Notes: generated by a model not told the origin, from the letters alone. A stretch of DNA of 64,000 nucleotides from a bacterium (GCA_023269085.1 JAHFML010000003.1:52863-116862), one strand, 5' to 3'; positions 47,642 to 58,932 are shown, numbered from the stretch's first letter. A program made the numbers and translations.

Positions 47642-47826
47642 ACGATTGGAAGAAGGCTATAGAAAAGGAGGAACCGCCCTCAAGCGTGGCGGTTCCCGAG
47701 TGAACTTAGTCAGTATACACTGAACAATAGTCTTTGCAAGGCGACGGTGGGCAGGTTATCCACACCGGTCTCCCACAATTGGCTTGCGAGGCGTATACTG
47801 TAGCCATTAACCGTTTACAATAAATT

Positions 47827-48327
47827 ATGTACAAGAATCGTTCACGTGGTTTCACCCTTATTGAATTGCTCGTCGTCATCGCCATCATCGGCGTCTTGTC
47901 GGCCGTCGTCCTCGCTTCGCTCAACACCGCGCGTAGCAAGGGTAACGATGCGGCTATCAAGTCGAATCTCGGCACGGTGTTGACCCAGTCGGCTATCTAT
48001 TATGATACGTATAGCGCCTATGTGAGCGCCGGAACACCAGCTGCAGTTGGAACTCCGACAGTCGCTGCGTGTGGTACTGCGACCTCGTTGTTCGCAGATG
48101 CAAACGTAACACAGGCACTGATCTCTTCCGACAAGGCAGCAGGAGGTCCTGGTACGACGCTCGCCAACATGACGAAAACATACTGTGGTTTTACCGGAAG
48201 TCTTGCTACGTGGGTTGTCTATACCGTTCTCTTGAATAACGGAGCCACAGGACAGTCATGGTGTGTCGATAGCTCGGGGAACTCGAAGCAGATAGCGACG
48301 CCTGCGGGAGCCCTTGCTAATTGTTAG
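47827..48327 (+). CDS. Type IV pilin (major pilin candidate)
   Basis: Prepilin leader + GFTLIELLVVIAIIGVL N-methylation motif. Confidence 0.9.
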   Translation: MYKNRSRGFTLIELLVVIAIIGVLSAVVLASLNTARSKGNDAAIKSNLGTVLTQSAIYYDTYSAYVSAGTPAAVGTPTVAACGTATSLFADANVTQALISSDKAAGGPGTTLANMTKTYCGFTGSLATWVVYTVLLNNGATGQSWCVDSSGNSKQIATPAGALANC

Positions 48328-48357
48328 TCGGCTCAGTTAGGTAAGTTCTCTAAAAGA

Positions 48358-48390
48358 AATCCCCCGCCTTGCGCGGGGGATTTCTTTTTC
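48358..48390 (+). terminator. Rho-independent terminator after pilin 1
   Basis: aaatcccccgc cttg cgcgggggattt + ctttttc. Confidence 0.8.
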
Positions 48391-48410
48391 GGTGCTACAA
48401 TGAGGCGCAT

Positions 48411-48920
48411 ATGATGTATATAAAAAAGAATGCAGGGTTTACCCTTATCGAGCTCATGGTCGTTATCTCTATCATCGGTGTGTTGTCAGCTATCGTCCTC
48501 GCCTCGATGACGGCCGCGCGTAATAAGGGCGCGAACGCGGCGGTGAAGGCCGACCTGAATGGCGTTATTAAGCAGGCAGAGATTTATTTCTACGCTCATA
48601 GCAATGCTTATGGCACAGCCGCACCAAGCAATACAGATTGTGGTGTAGCCGCAAACCAAGTGGGCGTGTTCGCTGATACCAATATCTCTGCGGCGCTCGT
48701 CGCGGCCAAGTCAGCCGAGGGCGGCACCGCGCTCTACTGCACTATGCCAGCGACGGGGACTGCCTACGCAGTCGCTGTCCCGCTCAAGGGTGGCGGGTAT
48801 TGGTGTGTGGACAGCACCGGCATTGCGCGGAGCGCGACTGCGGGCGGCACTGCCTACACCGGCACGAACGGCGCGTCGCCTGCGGCGGTCACGAACGCGA
48901 CGACCTATAAGTGCAACTAG
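48411..48920 (+). CDS. Type IV pilin, second copy
   Basis: MMYIKKNAGFTLIELMVVISIIGVLSAIVLAS; paralogous to pilin 1. Confidence 0.88.
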   Translation: MMYIKKNAGFTLIELMVVISIIGVLSAIVLASMTAARNKGANAAVKADLNGVIKQAEIYFYAHSNAYGTAAPSNTDCGVAANQVGVFADTNISAALVAAKSAEGGTALYCTMPATGTAYAVAVPLKGGGYWCVDSTGIARSATAGGTAYTGTNGASPAAVTNATTYKCN

Positions 48921-48926
48921 CGCGGC

Positions 48927-49694
48927 ATGACGCTACTACTTAGCGTCGCCTTCTTCACTCTCGGGGCGGTCGCCGCGAGCTTCGCGGGCGTGCTCGCGGC
49001 GCGCTACCACACGGGGCAGAGCTGGGTGCGCGGGCGATCAAGATGCGACGCGTGCGGCAAGACGCTTGCGCCGCACACGCTTCTGCCGATCTTTTCGCAC
49101 CTCATCTCGCGTGGCCGCGCGCGCTGTTGCGGCGCGCGGCTCTCAGGCGCGTCGCCCGTGGCTGAAGCGCTCCTCGGTGCGCTCTTCGTTCTTGCCTATC
49201 TGAAGCTCGACCTCACGCTTGCGCTCCCGTTCCTCCTCCTCGCGCTCACCATGCTCCTCGCGCTCGTGCTCTATGACCTCGCGCACCAGATACTGCCGAC
49301 GGCATTTCTCGCGGTCTTCGGCGCGGCCGCAGCGGCCGCGGGATTCCTGCAAGCGGCGTCGCTTGATGAATTCTTCACGACCTTCCTGCTCGCGGCACTC
49401 TTCGCCGCGTTCCTGCTCGCGATTCACTTCTTCTCGCGCGGGCGCGCGATGGGATTCGCGGACGCGCCGCTCGTCTTCGGTCTTGCTCTCATGGGCGGCG
49501 CGACCGCCTTCACAGGCTTCGTCTTCTCCTTCTGGATCGGTGCCGTTGTGGGCATAGCGTTATTGGCAGGGAGGCTGGGTGGCTTTAGAATGAATAGCGA
49601 GGTCCCCTTCGCGCCGTTTCTCGCCGCCGGCTTCATCCTCGCGTACTTCACCCAATGGAACATTCTCACGCTCATCGAGGCTTCACTCTCATAG
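48927..49694 (+). CDS. pilD: Prepilin peptidase PilD (A24 family)
   Basis: N-terminal CxxC...CxxC zinc motifs; catalytic Asp region (MGFADAPL); 8 TM. Confidence 0.85.
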   Translation: MTLLLSVAFFTLGAVAASFAGVLAARYHTGQSWVRGRSRCDACGKTLAPHTLLPIFSHLISRGRARCCGARLSGASPVAEALLGALFVLAYLKLDLTLALPFLLLALTMLLALVLYDLAHQILPTAFLAVFGAAAAAAGFLQAASLDEFFTTFLLAALFAAFLLAIHFFSRGRAMGFADAPLVFGLALMGGATAFTGFVFSFWIGAVVGIALLAGRLGGFRMNSEVPFAPFLAAGFILAYFTQWNILTLIEASLS

Positions 49695-50305
49695 AACTTC
49701 TCATCGTGAGTGGGATTATTGTCGTCATCACGGGCATCGTTTTCGTGAACCAGAGCACCTTCAACAAGACACTCATTCTCTCGAACACCGCCTACGATAT
49801 CGCTCTTTCGATCCAGGCCGCCGAGACCTATGGCATGGGCGGTCATTCGGTCGGTATCTCGCCGGTCGGGTATGGTTTGCATTTCGACAGCAATTTCCCC
49901 AAAGAGTACAAACTTTTCGCCGACATATCTCCTCAGTCCTCAAGCGGGTCGGCTTGTCATGCGCCGGGCAACACGCAGGGCGGGCTGGACGCACAGCCAG
50001 GGAATTGTGTCTATGATGCGGGGAATGATTCTCTTGTTTTGACGTATGGTCTCGGGAATGGTATCAGCATCAGTGAGTTCTGTGCGTACCCGGCGTGGGG
50101 GAAATATTGTGCGAGCACCGGGCTGACGTCGCTCGATGTGGTATTTTCTCGTCCGAACGCGGCTCCGCTTATCAGTACGAGCGGGGCGTACACCGCATCC
50201 GCGAAATCGGCATGTCTCGCCGCGATTTCTCCACAGGGCGGGATTCGTTCCGTCGTAATCTCTGCATCGGGAGAGATAGAAGTAAGGCAGACCGCTTGTC
50301 CATGA
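49655..50305 (+). CDS. Pseudopilin/minor pilin 1
   Basis: RGFTLIELLIVSGIIVVITGIVF prepilin motif; overlaps pilD 3' end. Confidence 0.8.
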   Translation: MEHSHAHRGFTLIELLIVSGIIVVITGIVFVNQSTFNKTLILSNTAYDIALSIQAAETYGMGGHSVGISPVGYGLHFDSNFPKEYKLFADISPQSSSGSACHAPGNTQGGLDAQPGNCVYDAGNDSLVLTYGLGNGISISEFCAYPAWGKYCASTGLTSLDVVFSRPNAAPLISTSGAYTASAKSACLAAISPQGGIRSVVISASGEIEVRQTACP

Positions 50306-50835
50306 ATATGCCGTTGTCGCACTACCGTATGAAGAAGGTCGCTCGCGCGTTTACGCTCATTGAGCTCATGGTAGCGCTCGGGCTCTTCGCGGTCATCATG
50401 ACGATCGCCGCCGGCTCGTATCTCACGATGATCAACGCGAATCGTCATGCGCAGGCGCTCGCGAAGGGCGTCGATAATCTCTCCTTCGCGCTCGAGGTGA
50501 TGACGCGCACGATCAGCACCGGATCGCACTATGACCAGATTGGCACACACGAACTGACTTTCTTGAATAAAGACGGTGTTTCGGTCACGTACGCGGTCGC
50601 GAATAACGCATTACGGCAGACTGTTGGCGGCGTGACGGCGGTACTCACCGATCCGTCGGTCACCATCGGTTCGAGCCAGTTAACATTCATTATCACCGGC
50701 AAACAGTCGGTAAATAGCGATCAAGAACAGGCGCGCGTGCAGATCAACGTGCACGGGAGCGTCAATGTCGGGCCGGGCTCGACTAAGTCGTTCGATATCG
50801 AGACGCTCGCGACGATGCGCGGGAGCGACCTATGA
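50302..50835 (+). CDS. Pseudopilin/minor pilin 2
   Basis: AFTLIELMVALGLFAVIMTIAAGSY; start 50302 or 50329. Confidence 0.8.
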   Translation: MNMPLSHYRMKKVARAFTLIELMVALGLFAVIMTIAAGSYLTMINANRHAQALAKGVDNLSFALEVMTRTISTGSHYDQIGTHELTFLNKDGVSVTYAVANNALRQTVGGVTAVLTDPSVTIGSSQLTFIITGKQSVNSDQEQARVQINVHGSVNVGPGSTKSFDIETLATMRGSDL

Positions 50836-50836
50836 T

Positions 50837-51421
50837 ATGAAAGGCTTCACCCTCATCGAGACTCTTGTGGCGGTGACTATCGTTACGGTTGCCGTTTCGG
50901 GAGCTATTTTCTCTGCGAACAGCGCAATGGTCGCCGCGCAAGTCTCGCGCGATCGGCTTACCGCCTCATATCTCGCTCAAGAGGGCGTCGAATATGTTCG
51001 CGCGATGCGCGATGATGCGTTCCTCCAGGAATATCATGCCGGTAATGCGAACGCGTCTGCTGATGCTTGGAACAGCTTTACCAACGGAGCGCCCGGGTCG
51101 ACGCCATGGTCGATCAGGGGGTGTGTCGATGTGACTTGTACGCTCGATCCGTTGCGCTCTATGGGTTCGGTAGGGAACGGGTCATCGCTTAATTCGTGCG
51201 GCCAAGGGAATGGCAATGCCTGTACGCCGCTTTACTTCGCGAACGGCGCGTATACACAGCAGGACAATATATCAGGCGGCGTGAAGACACCCTTCACTCG
51301 TACGATCCAAGCGACCGCCATTTCCAGCACGGAAGAAAGCATCGTCTCGATCGTAACGTGGAATCTCCATGGAACTCAGTTCACGGCGAGTACGGCCGCC
51401 CATCTCACGCCATGGCAATAA
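50837..51421 (+). CDS. Pseudopilin/minor pilin 3
   Basis: MKGFTLIETLVAVTIVTVAVSGAIF. Confidence 0.8.
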   Translation: MKGFTLIETLVAVTIVTVAVSGAIFSANSAMVAAQVSRDRLTASYLAQEGVEYVRAMRDDAFLQEYHAGNANASADAWNSFTNGAPGSTPWSIRGCVDVTCTLDPLRSMGSVGNGSSLNSCGQGNGNACTPLYFANGAYTQQDNISGGVKTPFTRTIQATAISSTEESIVSIVTWNLHGTQFTASTAAHLTPWQ

Positions 51422-51906
51422 AAAAGACACCACGAGGGTTCGCGCTTCTTATCGCCATTATCTTCATGTCGGTGATGCTCTCCTTCGGGCTGACCTTGAG
51501 CTCGCTCGGGTATAAGCAGGAGCTGCTCTCGTCGAGCGTCGCGCAGTCGCGGGTCGCCTTCTATGCCGCCGATTCGATGCTCGAGTGTGTGCTCTATATG
51601 GACCAGCAATTGGGCACCTTCGCTTATCCATCGGTCGACCCGGGAGCTCCGCCAAGCATGTCTTCTTGCGGCGATGGCGCTGTCATCTCGCCGGCAGAGA
51701 CTTGGTATATGAACAAGTGGGTGGTCAGTGGGCGCTTCTCCCTCGATGACGGAGCGCATTGTGCCGATTTCATGGTGTCGAAGCCGGATCCTGGCGTCTC
51801 TGGCGGCGTAACATATCTTTATTCGCAGGGGTATGATGTCTCTTGTTCATCGGTAGGTTTAAATAATGTCCGGTTTGCTTCGCGCGGGATCACGGCTCAC
51901 TATTGA
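51412..51906 (+). CDS. PilX/GspK-like minor pilin lacking Glu5
   Basis: MAIKKTPRGFALLIAIIFMSVMLSFGL. Confidence 0.6.
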   Translation: MAIKKTPRGFALLIAIIFMSVMLSFGLTLSSLGYKQELLSSSVAQSRVAFYAADSMLECVLYMDQQLGTFAYPSVDPGAPPSMSSCGDGAVISPAETWYMNKWVVSGRFSLDDGAHCADFMVSKPDPGVSGGVTYLYSQGYDVSCSSVGLNNVRFASRGITAHY

Positions 51907-51913
51907 TGGGTAA

Positions 51914-53956
<2,043 letters not shown>

Positions 53957-53999
53957 TGCTATCCTCTACGCAGGTTTTAGGTCTTTTCACTTGTGCATC

Positions 54000-54058
54000 C
54001 GCCACAGCAGAAAGGGGCTTCCGCCAACCGGCGGACTAGGCCGTTTTCTGCTGTGGCG
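54000..54058 (+). promoter_or_regulatory. Conserved 5' leader stem-loop of DGR-2 target gene
   Basis: cgccacagcagaaa...tttctgctgtggcg; paralogue of 17755..17813. Confidence 0.7.
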
Positions 54059-54120
54059 AACCGAATAGGTACGCTTGAACAGCACTGTAAAAACGCTCTT
54101 CCCAAGCCAAGGAGAAAGTC

Positions 54121-54714
54121 ATGAGCGCACAACAGAAGCAAATCACGAAACTAGTGGCCGCTCTGGTCGAGTTTTCTGACCAGTTCGGCCAGATGTCGAC
54201 CGAGGATTGCCAATGGGCAATCCAAAACACGAAAGCGGCAATCGGCCTCTTCGTAGAGGCGGTGAGGAATCGCCCGATAGCAGCTCTGGTCGGGTTGCCA
54301 GAAGGCACGGTCATCCGTCGCGTGAAGGTCGACCGCTCGCATTCTCCGCAGAAAATGGTGAACGCGACCGGCCGTAGGCAGTACATCGACAAGGACATCC
54401 TCGCGACGATGCCTTTGGGCGAAGGCGACGAGGTGGATGTGTACTTCGTACCGACCAAGCGCTTCGTTTTGGCAAGTGAGGTCTCGGCGTTTCTCGCGCA
54501 GTATGGTCTCGTTCCCGACCCGCGCGCGCAAACGGCGGTGAACGAAGCCGATCCGACCTTCGCCGACGACCATCCGAACGGAACGCAATGGAGCGATTTT
54601 TGCTACCTGACGTTCTACCGCTGGTATGACGAGCGGGACGTGTACTGCAACCGCGACGACCGCGTCTGGCGCGGCTATTGGTTCCTCTCGGGTGTCCCGA
54701 CTCCCCGCAAGTAA
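54121..54714 (+). CDS. DGR-2 target protein with C-terminal variable region
   Basis: SD AAGGAGA 5 nt upstream; VR occupies the last ~36 codons (…CYLTFYRWYDERDVYCNRDDRVWRGYWFLSGVPTPRK). Confidence 0.75.
   Translation: MSAQQKQITKLVAALVEFSDQFGQMSTEDCQWAIQNTKAAIGLFVEAVRNRPIAALVGLPEGTVIRRVKVDRSHSPQKMVNATGRRQYIDKDILATMPLGEGDEVDVYFVPTKRFVLASEVSAFLAQYGLVPDPRAQTAVNEADPTFADDHPNGTQWSDFCYLTFYRWYDERDVYCNRDDRVWRGYWFLSGVPTPRK
54601..54707 (+). repeat. DGR-2 variable repeat (VR)
   Basis: 107 nt aligning to 55025..55131; ~14 mismatches, all at TR adenines. Confidence 0.9.
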
Positions 54715-54763
54715 GTCCTCGGGTCTTTGAGTATAAGAACTCTTTAGACCCTTAACCCTTTGT

Positions 54764-54792
54764 GCGCCGCTTTCCCAAGCGGCGCATTTTGT
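54764..54792 (+). terminator. Rho-independent terminator after DGR-2 target
   Basis: gcgccgc tttcccaa gcggcgc + attttgt. Confidence 0.7.
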
Positions 54793-55024
54793 ATATGATG
54801 CAAATGGTAGTAGGCGAATACGGAAGCGATTACGGTTTCTTCCTGCCGAATCCAGTATCCGTACGTTGAGAACGTGTGCGATTACGGTTGCATATGGAGG
54901 ATGTACGCAGAAACTTCAAAAAATGAAGATACTTGGTGTGAAGTGCTGGCGCATTACCGATGCCGAATACGATTCAACCTTGAGAATACTCGATGGGTGG
55001 TGGCACAGATGGCGCTCCATACAT

Positions 55025-55131
55025 TGCTACCTGACGTTCAACCGCTGGAATGACGAGCGGAACGTGAACTGCAACCGCAACGACAACGACTGGAACGACA
55101 ATTGGTTCCTCTCGGGTGTCCCGACTCCCCG
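55025..55131 (+). repeat. DGR-2 template repeat (TR)
   Basis: AAC-rich in VR frame (…NRWNDERNVNCNRNDNDWNDNWF…); intergenic. Confidence 0.9.
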
Positions 55132-55140
55132 TAACTCTCT

Positions 55141-55509
55141 TCATTTCTCGCCCGAACCTCTATGTTCGGGCGAGTTTTGTTTAACGAGCTGCCCATTCCA
55201 TCCACCAAGCATTCTCCCGACCTCCTCAAGTGGCATCGAGAGAGCGATGTATTTCTTCGTATCGAGCGATTTGGTCTCCCAGAGGATGAGTAAGAATATT
55301 TTTAGCGTATCGAGTTTACGAATAGCGAGACGCACCCACGGCTGTTTCTCAGTTTTTGAGAGAAAGCTTGCACTTGCGACTGCTTCAATCAACGCAACGA
55401 ATTCCGCGTCAACTGTTCCACCGAGCGTGTGCCGATGGGTCTTCGGTATGGTTTGATAAAATCCATACCATATAATATACGCATGCTTAATACGCTCGAG
55501 CACCGGCAA
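55141..55509 (-). CDS. avd: Avd homologue, DGR-2
   Basis: 122 aa; ...LSMPLEEVGRMLGGWNGQLVKQ resembles the Avd C-terminus; TTG start. Confidence 0.7.
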   Translation of the reverse strand: MPVLERIKHAYIIWYGFYQTIPKTHRHTLGGTVDAEFVALIEAVASASFLSKTEKQPWVRLAIRKLDTLKIFLLILWETKSLDTKKYIALSMPLEEVGRMLGGWNGQLVKQNSPEHRGSGEK

Positions 55510-55516
55510 GAGCCTC

Positions 55517-55526
55517 GGGGGGGGGG
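55517..55526 (+). repeat. Homopolymeric G10 tract between divergent avd-2 and RT-2
   Basis: agcctcGGGGGGGGGGagcttcgaag; 8 nt upstream of avd-2 start. Confidence 0.95.
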
Positions 55527-55606
55527 AGCTTCGAAGAATCGAATTCGTTCATACCTATGAGCATATCATCTCGATCGAGAACCTTCTCGACGCGTGGCGA
55601 GAATTC

Positions 55607-56542
55607 GTGAGAGGGAAGAAGAAGCGTGCGGATGTGCAAGAGTTCGAGAGAGACTTGATGCAAAATGTCATATCGTTGCATCGTTATCTCGTGTCTGGCG
55701 CGTACCAGCACGGCCAGTACGAGCGCTTCAAAATCAACGACCCCAAGCCTCGCGACATCCACAAAGCGAGCGTGCGCGATCGGCTCGTGCACCATGCCAT
55801 CTATCGCATTCTATATCCATTCTTCGACCGCACTTTCATCAGCGACTCCTATTCCTGCCGCAATGGGAAGGGAACGCACAGAGCCATGAATCGCTTTAGA
55901 GCCTTTGCGCGCAAAGTATCGAAGAATGACACGCGCACTGCTTGGGTCTTGAAGTGCGACATACGCAAGTTCTTCGCCTCGATTGATCAGTCAACGCTCC
56001 TCGTCATCTTGAAGAGACGCATAACAGACGAACGCACGCTGACACTTCTGCAACGAGTTATCGAGAGCTTCCGCACACCCTGTGCAACACCTGGTGTTGC
56101 ACAAAAAGGCCTCCCGCTTGGCAACCTTACCTCACAACTCCTCGTGAACATCTACATGAACGAGTTCGATCAATTCGTGAAGCACGCGCTCAAAGCAAGA
56201 TACTATCTCCGCTATGCCGATGACTTCGTATTCATCTCTCACGACCGCAGAGAGCTCGAGGCGCTTCTGCCTCGGGTCGATGCCTTTTTGCGCGACCGGC
56301 TCAAGCTCGAACTGCATCCAGACAAAGTCTCAATCGCCACGCTCGCTTCGGGTATCGACTTCTTGGGCTGGGTGCATTTCTCTGACCATCGCGTTGTGCG
56401 AGGCGCGACGAAGCGGCGGATGTTGCGGAGGATTGAAGAGATGGGTGGCAAGCCAGAGGTGGTGAGCTCGTATCTGGGGATGCTCTCGCACGGGAACGCG
56501 TACCGGCTTGTTGCTCATATTTCAGAACAGAAGGAAAAGTGA
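55607..56542 (+). CDS. DGR-type reverse transcriptase, DGR-2
   Basis: ~85% identical to RT-1; YADD and LGNLTSQ motifs; no ATG equivalent to RT-1 Met1 (ATG->ATC), so the true N-terminus is unclear. Confidence 0.85.
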   Translation: MRGKKKRADVQEFERDLMQNVISLHRYLVSGAYQHGQYERFKINDPKPRDIHKASVRDRLVHHAIYRILYPFFDRTFISDSYSCRNGKGTHRAMNRFRAFARKVSKNDTRTAWVLKCDIRKFFASIDQSTLLVILKRRITDERTLTLLQRVIESFRTPCATPGVAQKGLPLGNLTSQLLVNIYMNEFDQFVKHALKARYYLRYADDFVFISHDRRELEALLPRVDAFLRDRLKLELHPDKVSIATLASGIDFLGWVHFSDHRVVRGATKRRMLRRIEEMGGKPEVVSSYLGMLSHGNAYRLVAHISEQKEK

Positions 56543-56555
56543 TACAGTAGAAACC

Positions 56556-56900
56556 ATGGCGACTACAGAGGAGGTGAAGAAGCTCGCGGCCTTGGCGCGG
56601 ATTACCATTGCCGACGAAGAACTCACGACTAAAACCGCCCAAGGCGGTTCGTCCGACGCCGCAGAAGCGGCGTTTAGGAAGTTTACGAGTGAGTTTGACG
56701 CTATCTTGGCGTATGTCGGCCAGCTCGAGGAGCTCGAGTTGCCCGAGGGCTTGGTGGGAGAGAAGCCGGCCTTGCGGAACATCTTTCGTGATGACGCAGA
56801 GCCGTATCCCGCGCGCACCTTTACCGAAAAGATTACAGCGCAATTTCCGGCACGTTCGGGCGACGCGCTCTTGGTGAAGCAAATCATTTCTCATGAATAA
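56556..56900 (+). CDS. gatC: Glu/Asp-tRNA amidotransferase subunit C
   Basis: MATTEEVKKLAALARITIADEEL...ILAYVGQLEELEL...ALRNIFRDD; carries an in-frame 50-nt element. Confidence 0.85.
   Translation: MATTEEVKKLAALARITIADEELTTKTAQGGSSDAAEAAFRKFTSEFDAILAYVGQLEELELPEGLVGEKPALRNIFRDDAEPYPARTFTEKITAQFPARSGDALLVKQIISHE
56629..56678 (+). repeat. In-frame ~50-nt palindromic insertion element, copy 2 (in gatC)
   Basis: ctaaaaccgcccaaggcggttcgtccgacgccgcagaagcggcgtttagg; encodes TKTAQGGSSDAAEAAFR. Confidence 0.75.
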
Positions 56901-58341
56901 AGAAAAATTGAATGAGTTGACGATTGGTGAGGCCGCCCGCGCGCTCCGCCTGCCTGACGGCAGTCAGGCGCGCGTCACCGTTCGTGAATTATGGGACGCT
57001 TGCATCGAAGCGGCCAAAGCGAAGAACCCCGAGCTGAACGCCTATCTCGAAATTTTTGATGCTGACGAGGCGGCTATTGCCGACGCACAAAAGAGAATAA
57101 ATGAAGAAGGGGACAAAGCACCACTTCTCTGCGGCATCCCGCTCGCTATTAAAGACAACATCTTGATAGAAGGCCACATCGCGAGTGCCGCGAGCCGGAT
57201 GCTTGAGAACTATCGCGCGACCTACGACGCTACCGTCATCGAGAAGCTCAGGGTGGCGGGCGCGCTCTTCATCGGGCGCACCAACATGGACGAGTTCGCG
57301 ATGGGTTCGTCGACTGAGCACTCGGCCTTCGTGAAGACGCGCAACCCGCACGACCCTGCGCGCGTGCCGGGTGGCTCATCGGGCGGCTCGGCGGCGGCGG
57401 TCGCCGCGCACATGGCGATCGCGGCTCTCGGCACCGACACGGGTGGCTCTATCCGCCAGCCCGCCGCACTCACCGGCCTCGTCGGGTTGAAGCCGACCTA
57501 TGGCGAGGTCTCGCGCTCGGGCGCTATCGCGATGGGCTCGTCGCTCGATCAGATCGGCCCGCTCGCGAAGACAGCTGAAGACGCGAAGATTATTTTCGAT
57601 ACAATACGCGGCGTTGATCCGCTCGATTCGACGACGATTCCTGACGGTCTCTATCCAGTACAAAAAGTGGGGCTGAAGCTGCGCATCGGTGTCCCGCGTG
57701 CGCTCCTCGGCGACAATGTTACGGCCGATGTGCGCGCCGCCTTCGATGCCACCCTCGAGAGACTCGTGCAGGCCGGCCACACGCTCGTCGATATCGAGCT
57801 CCCGACGAGCGCGCACTCGCTCGCGGCCTATTATGTCATCATGCCGGCCGAGGTATCGACCAATCTCGCGCGGCTCGACGGTATCCGTTATGGTCACGCC
57901 GTGCGTGGCGCGACTCTGCTCGACGACTACCTGCTCTCTCGTACCGAAGGCTTCGGAGAAGAGACGCGCCGCCGCATCCTGCTTGGCACCTTCGTCCTCT
58001 CCTCGGGCTATATCGACGCCTACTATCGCAAGGCGCACGCCGCGCGCGACGTGCTCCGCCACGAATATAACGAAGCCTTCAAGAAGGTCGACGTCATCGC
58101 TTTCCCCACGACGCTCTCGCCCGCGTTCAAGTTCGGCGAAAAGAGCGACCCGATCTCTATGTATCTCGAAGACATCTTCACGGTGACGGCCAACCTCACC
58201 GGCATGCCCGCGCTCTCAACACCGATGGGCACGGTCGAGCGGGAAGGGAAGCAGCTCCCGATCGGCATCCACTTCACTGCGCCGCATCAGGCCGAAGAAA
58301 CACTCTTCACCATAGCCTCTCTTGTTGAACATTCGGCATAG
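56893..58341 (+). CDS. gatA: Glutamyl-tRNA(Gln) amidotransferase subunit A
   Basis: Amidase signature GGSSGGSAAAVAA...GTDTGGSIRQPA. Confidence 0.95.
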   Translation: MNKEKLNELTIGEAARALRLPDGSQARVTVRELWDACIEAAKAKNPELNAYLEIFDADEAAIADAQKRINEEGDKAPLLCGIPLAIKDNILIEGHIASAASRMLENYRATYDATVIEKLRVAGALFIGRTNMDEFAMGSSTEHSAFVKTRNPHDPARVPGGSSGGSAAAVAAHMAIAALGTDTGGSIRQPAALTGLVGLKPTYGEVSRSGAIAMGSSLDQIGPLAKTAEDAKIIFDTIRGVDPLDSTTIPDGLYPVQKVGLKLRIGVPRALLGDNVTADVRAAFDATLERLVQAGHTLVDIELPTSAHSLAAYYVIMPAEVSTNLARLDGIRYGHAVRGATLLDDYLLSRTEGFGEETRRRILLGTFVLSSGYIDAYYRKAHAARDVLRHEYNEAFKKVDVIAFPTTLSPAFKFGEKSDPISMYLEDIFTVTANLTGMPALSTPMGTVEREGKQLPIGIHFTAPHQAEETLFTIASLVEHSA

Positions 58342-58353
58342 TATACTGACGCT

Positions 58354-58932
58354 ATGCAGATCCCTGATCAGCTGAACGTCGAGTTCTTTTTCCGTCTCCT
58401 TTACGAATGCCTTCACGGCGCGTGTATGGGTGGCGCCAATGGCGCAATTTTTTCTGCATGGCTCGCGCAGCTCTGGCTCTGGATCGTCCTCATCGGGTAT
58501 CTGCTCGCGATTGTCGGGCTCATCATGATCGTCTATACGACCATGCGTATCTTCGAGCTTCGTAAACGCGAAGAGGAGCACTATGGCACGCTCATTATCT
58601 CGCCGGACGCGGGTGGTGCGAATCCGCGTTGGCTCCACATCGAGACGCTCGCCAAGAGCGCGAACACGAGCGATCTGCGCACCGCTATTATCGAGGCCGA
58701 CATCATGCTCGACGATATGCTCACCACGCAGGGCTACACAGGCGACGGCGTCGCCGAGAAGTTGAAGAATGTCGAGCGTTCTGACTTCGCGACAAGGGAT
58801 GACGCGTGGACGGCGCATAAGGTACGCAACCAGATAGCGCACGAGGGCTCGGCCTTCGACCTCTCTGAGGTACTCGCCCGCCGCACCCTCGCTCACTACG
58901 AAGCTGTCTTCCGCGAATTTGGGATGCTTTGA
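58354..58932 (+). CDS. Hypothetical membrane protein
   Basis: One N-terminal TM then a ~120-aa soluble domain; no recognisable family. Confidence 0.45.
   Translation: MQIPDQLNVEFFFRLLYECLHGACMGGANGAIFSAWLAQLWLWIVLIGYLLAIVGLIMIVYTTMRIFELRKREEEHYGTLIISPDAGGANPRWLHIETLAKSANTSDLRTAIIEADIMLDDMLTTQGYTGDGVAEKLKNVERSDFATRDDAWTAHKVRNQIAHEGSAFDLSEVLARRTLAHYEAVFREFGML

Noticed and set aside
47669-47696. Hairpin after pilC as an intrinsic terminator
   Set aside because: Good 9-bp stem but no downstream U-tract; left unannotated.
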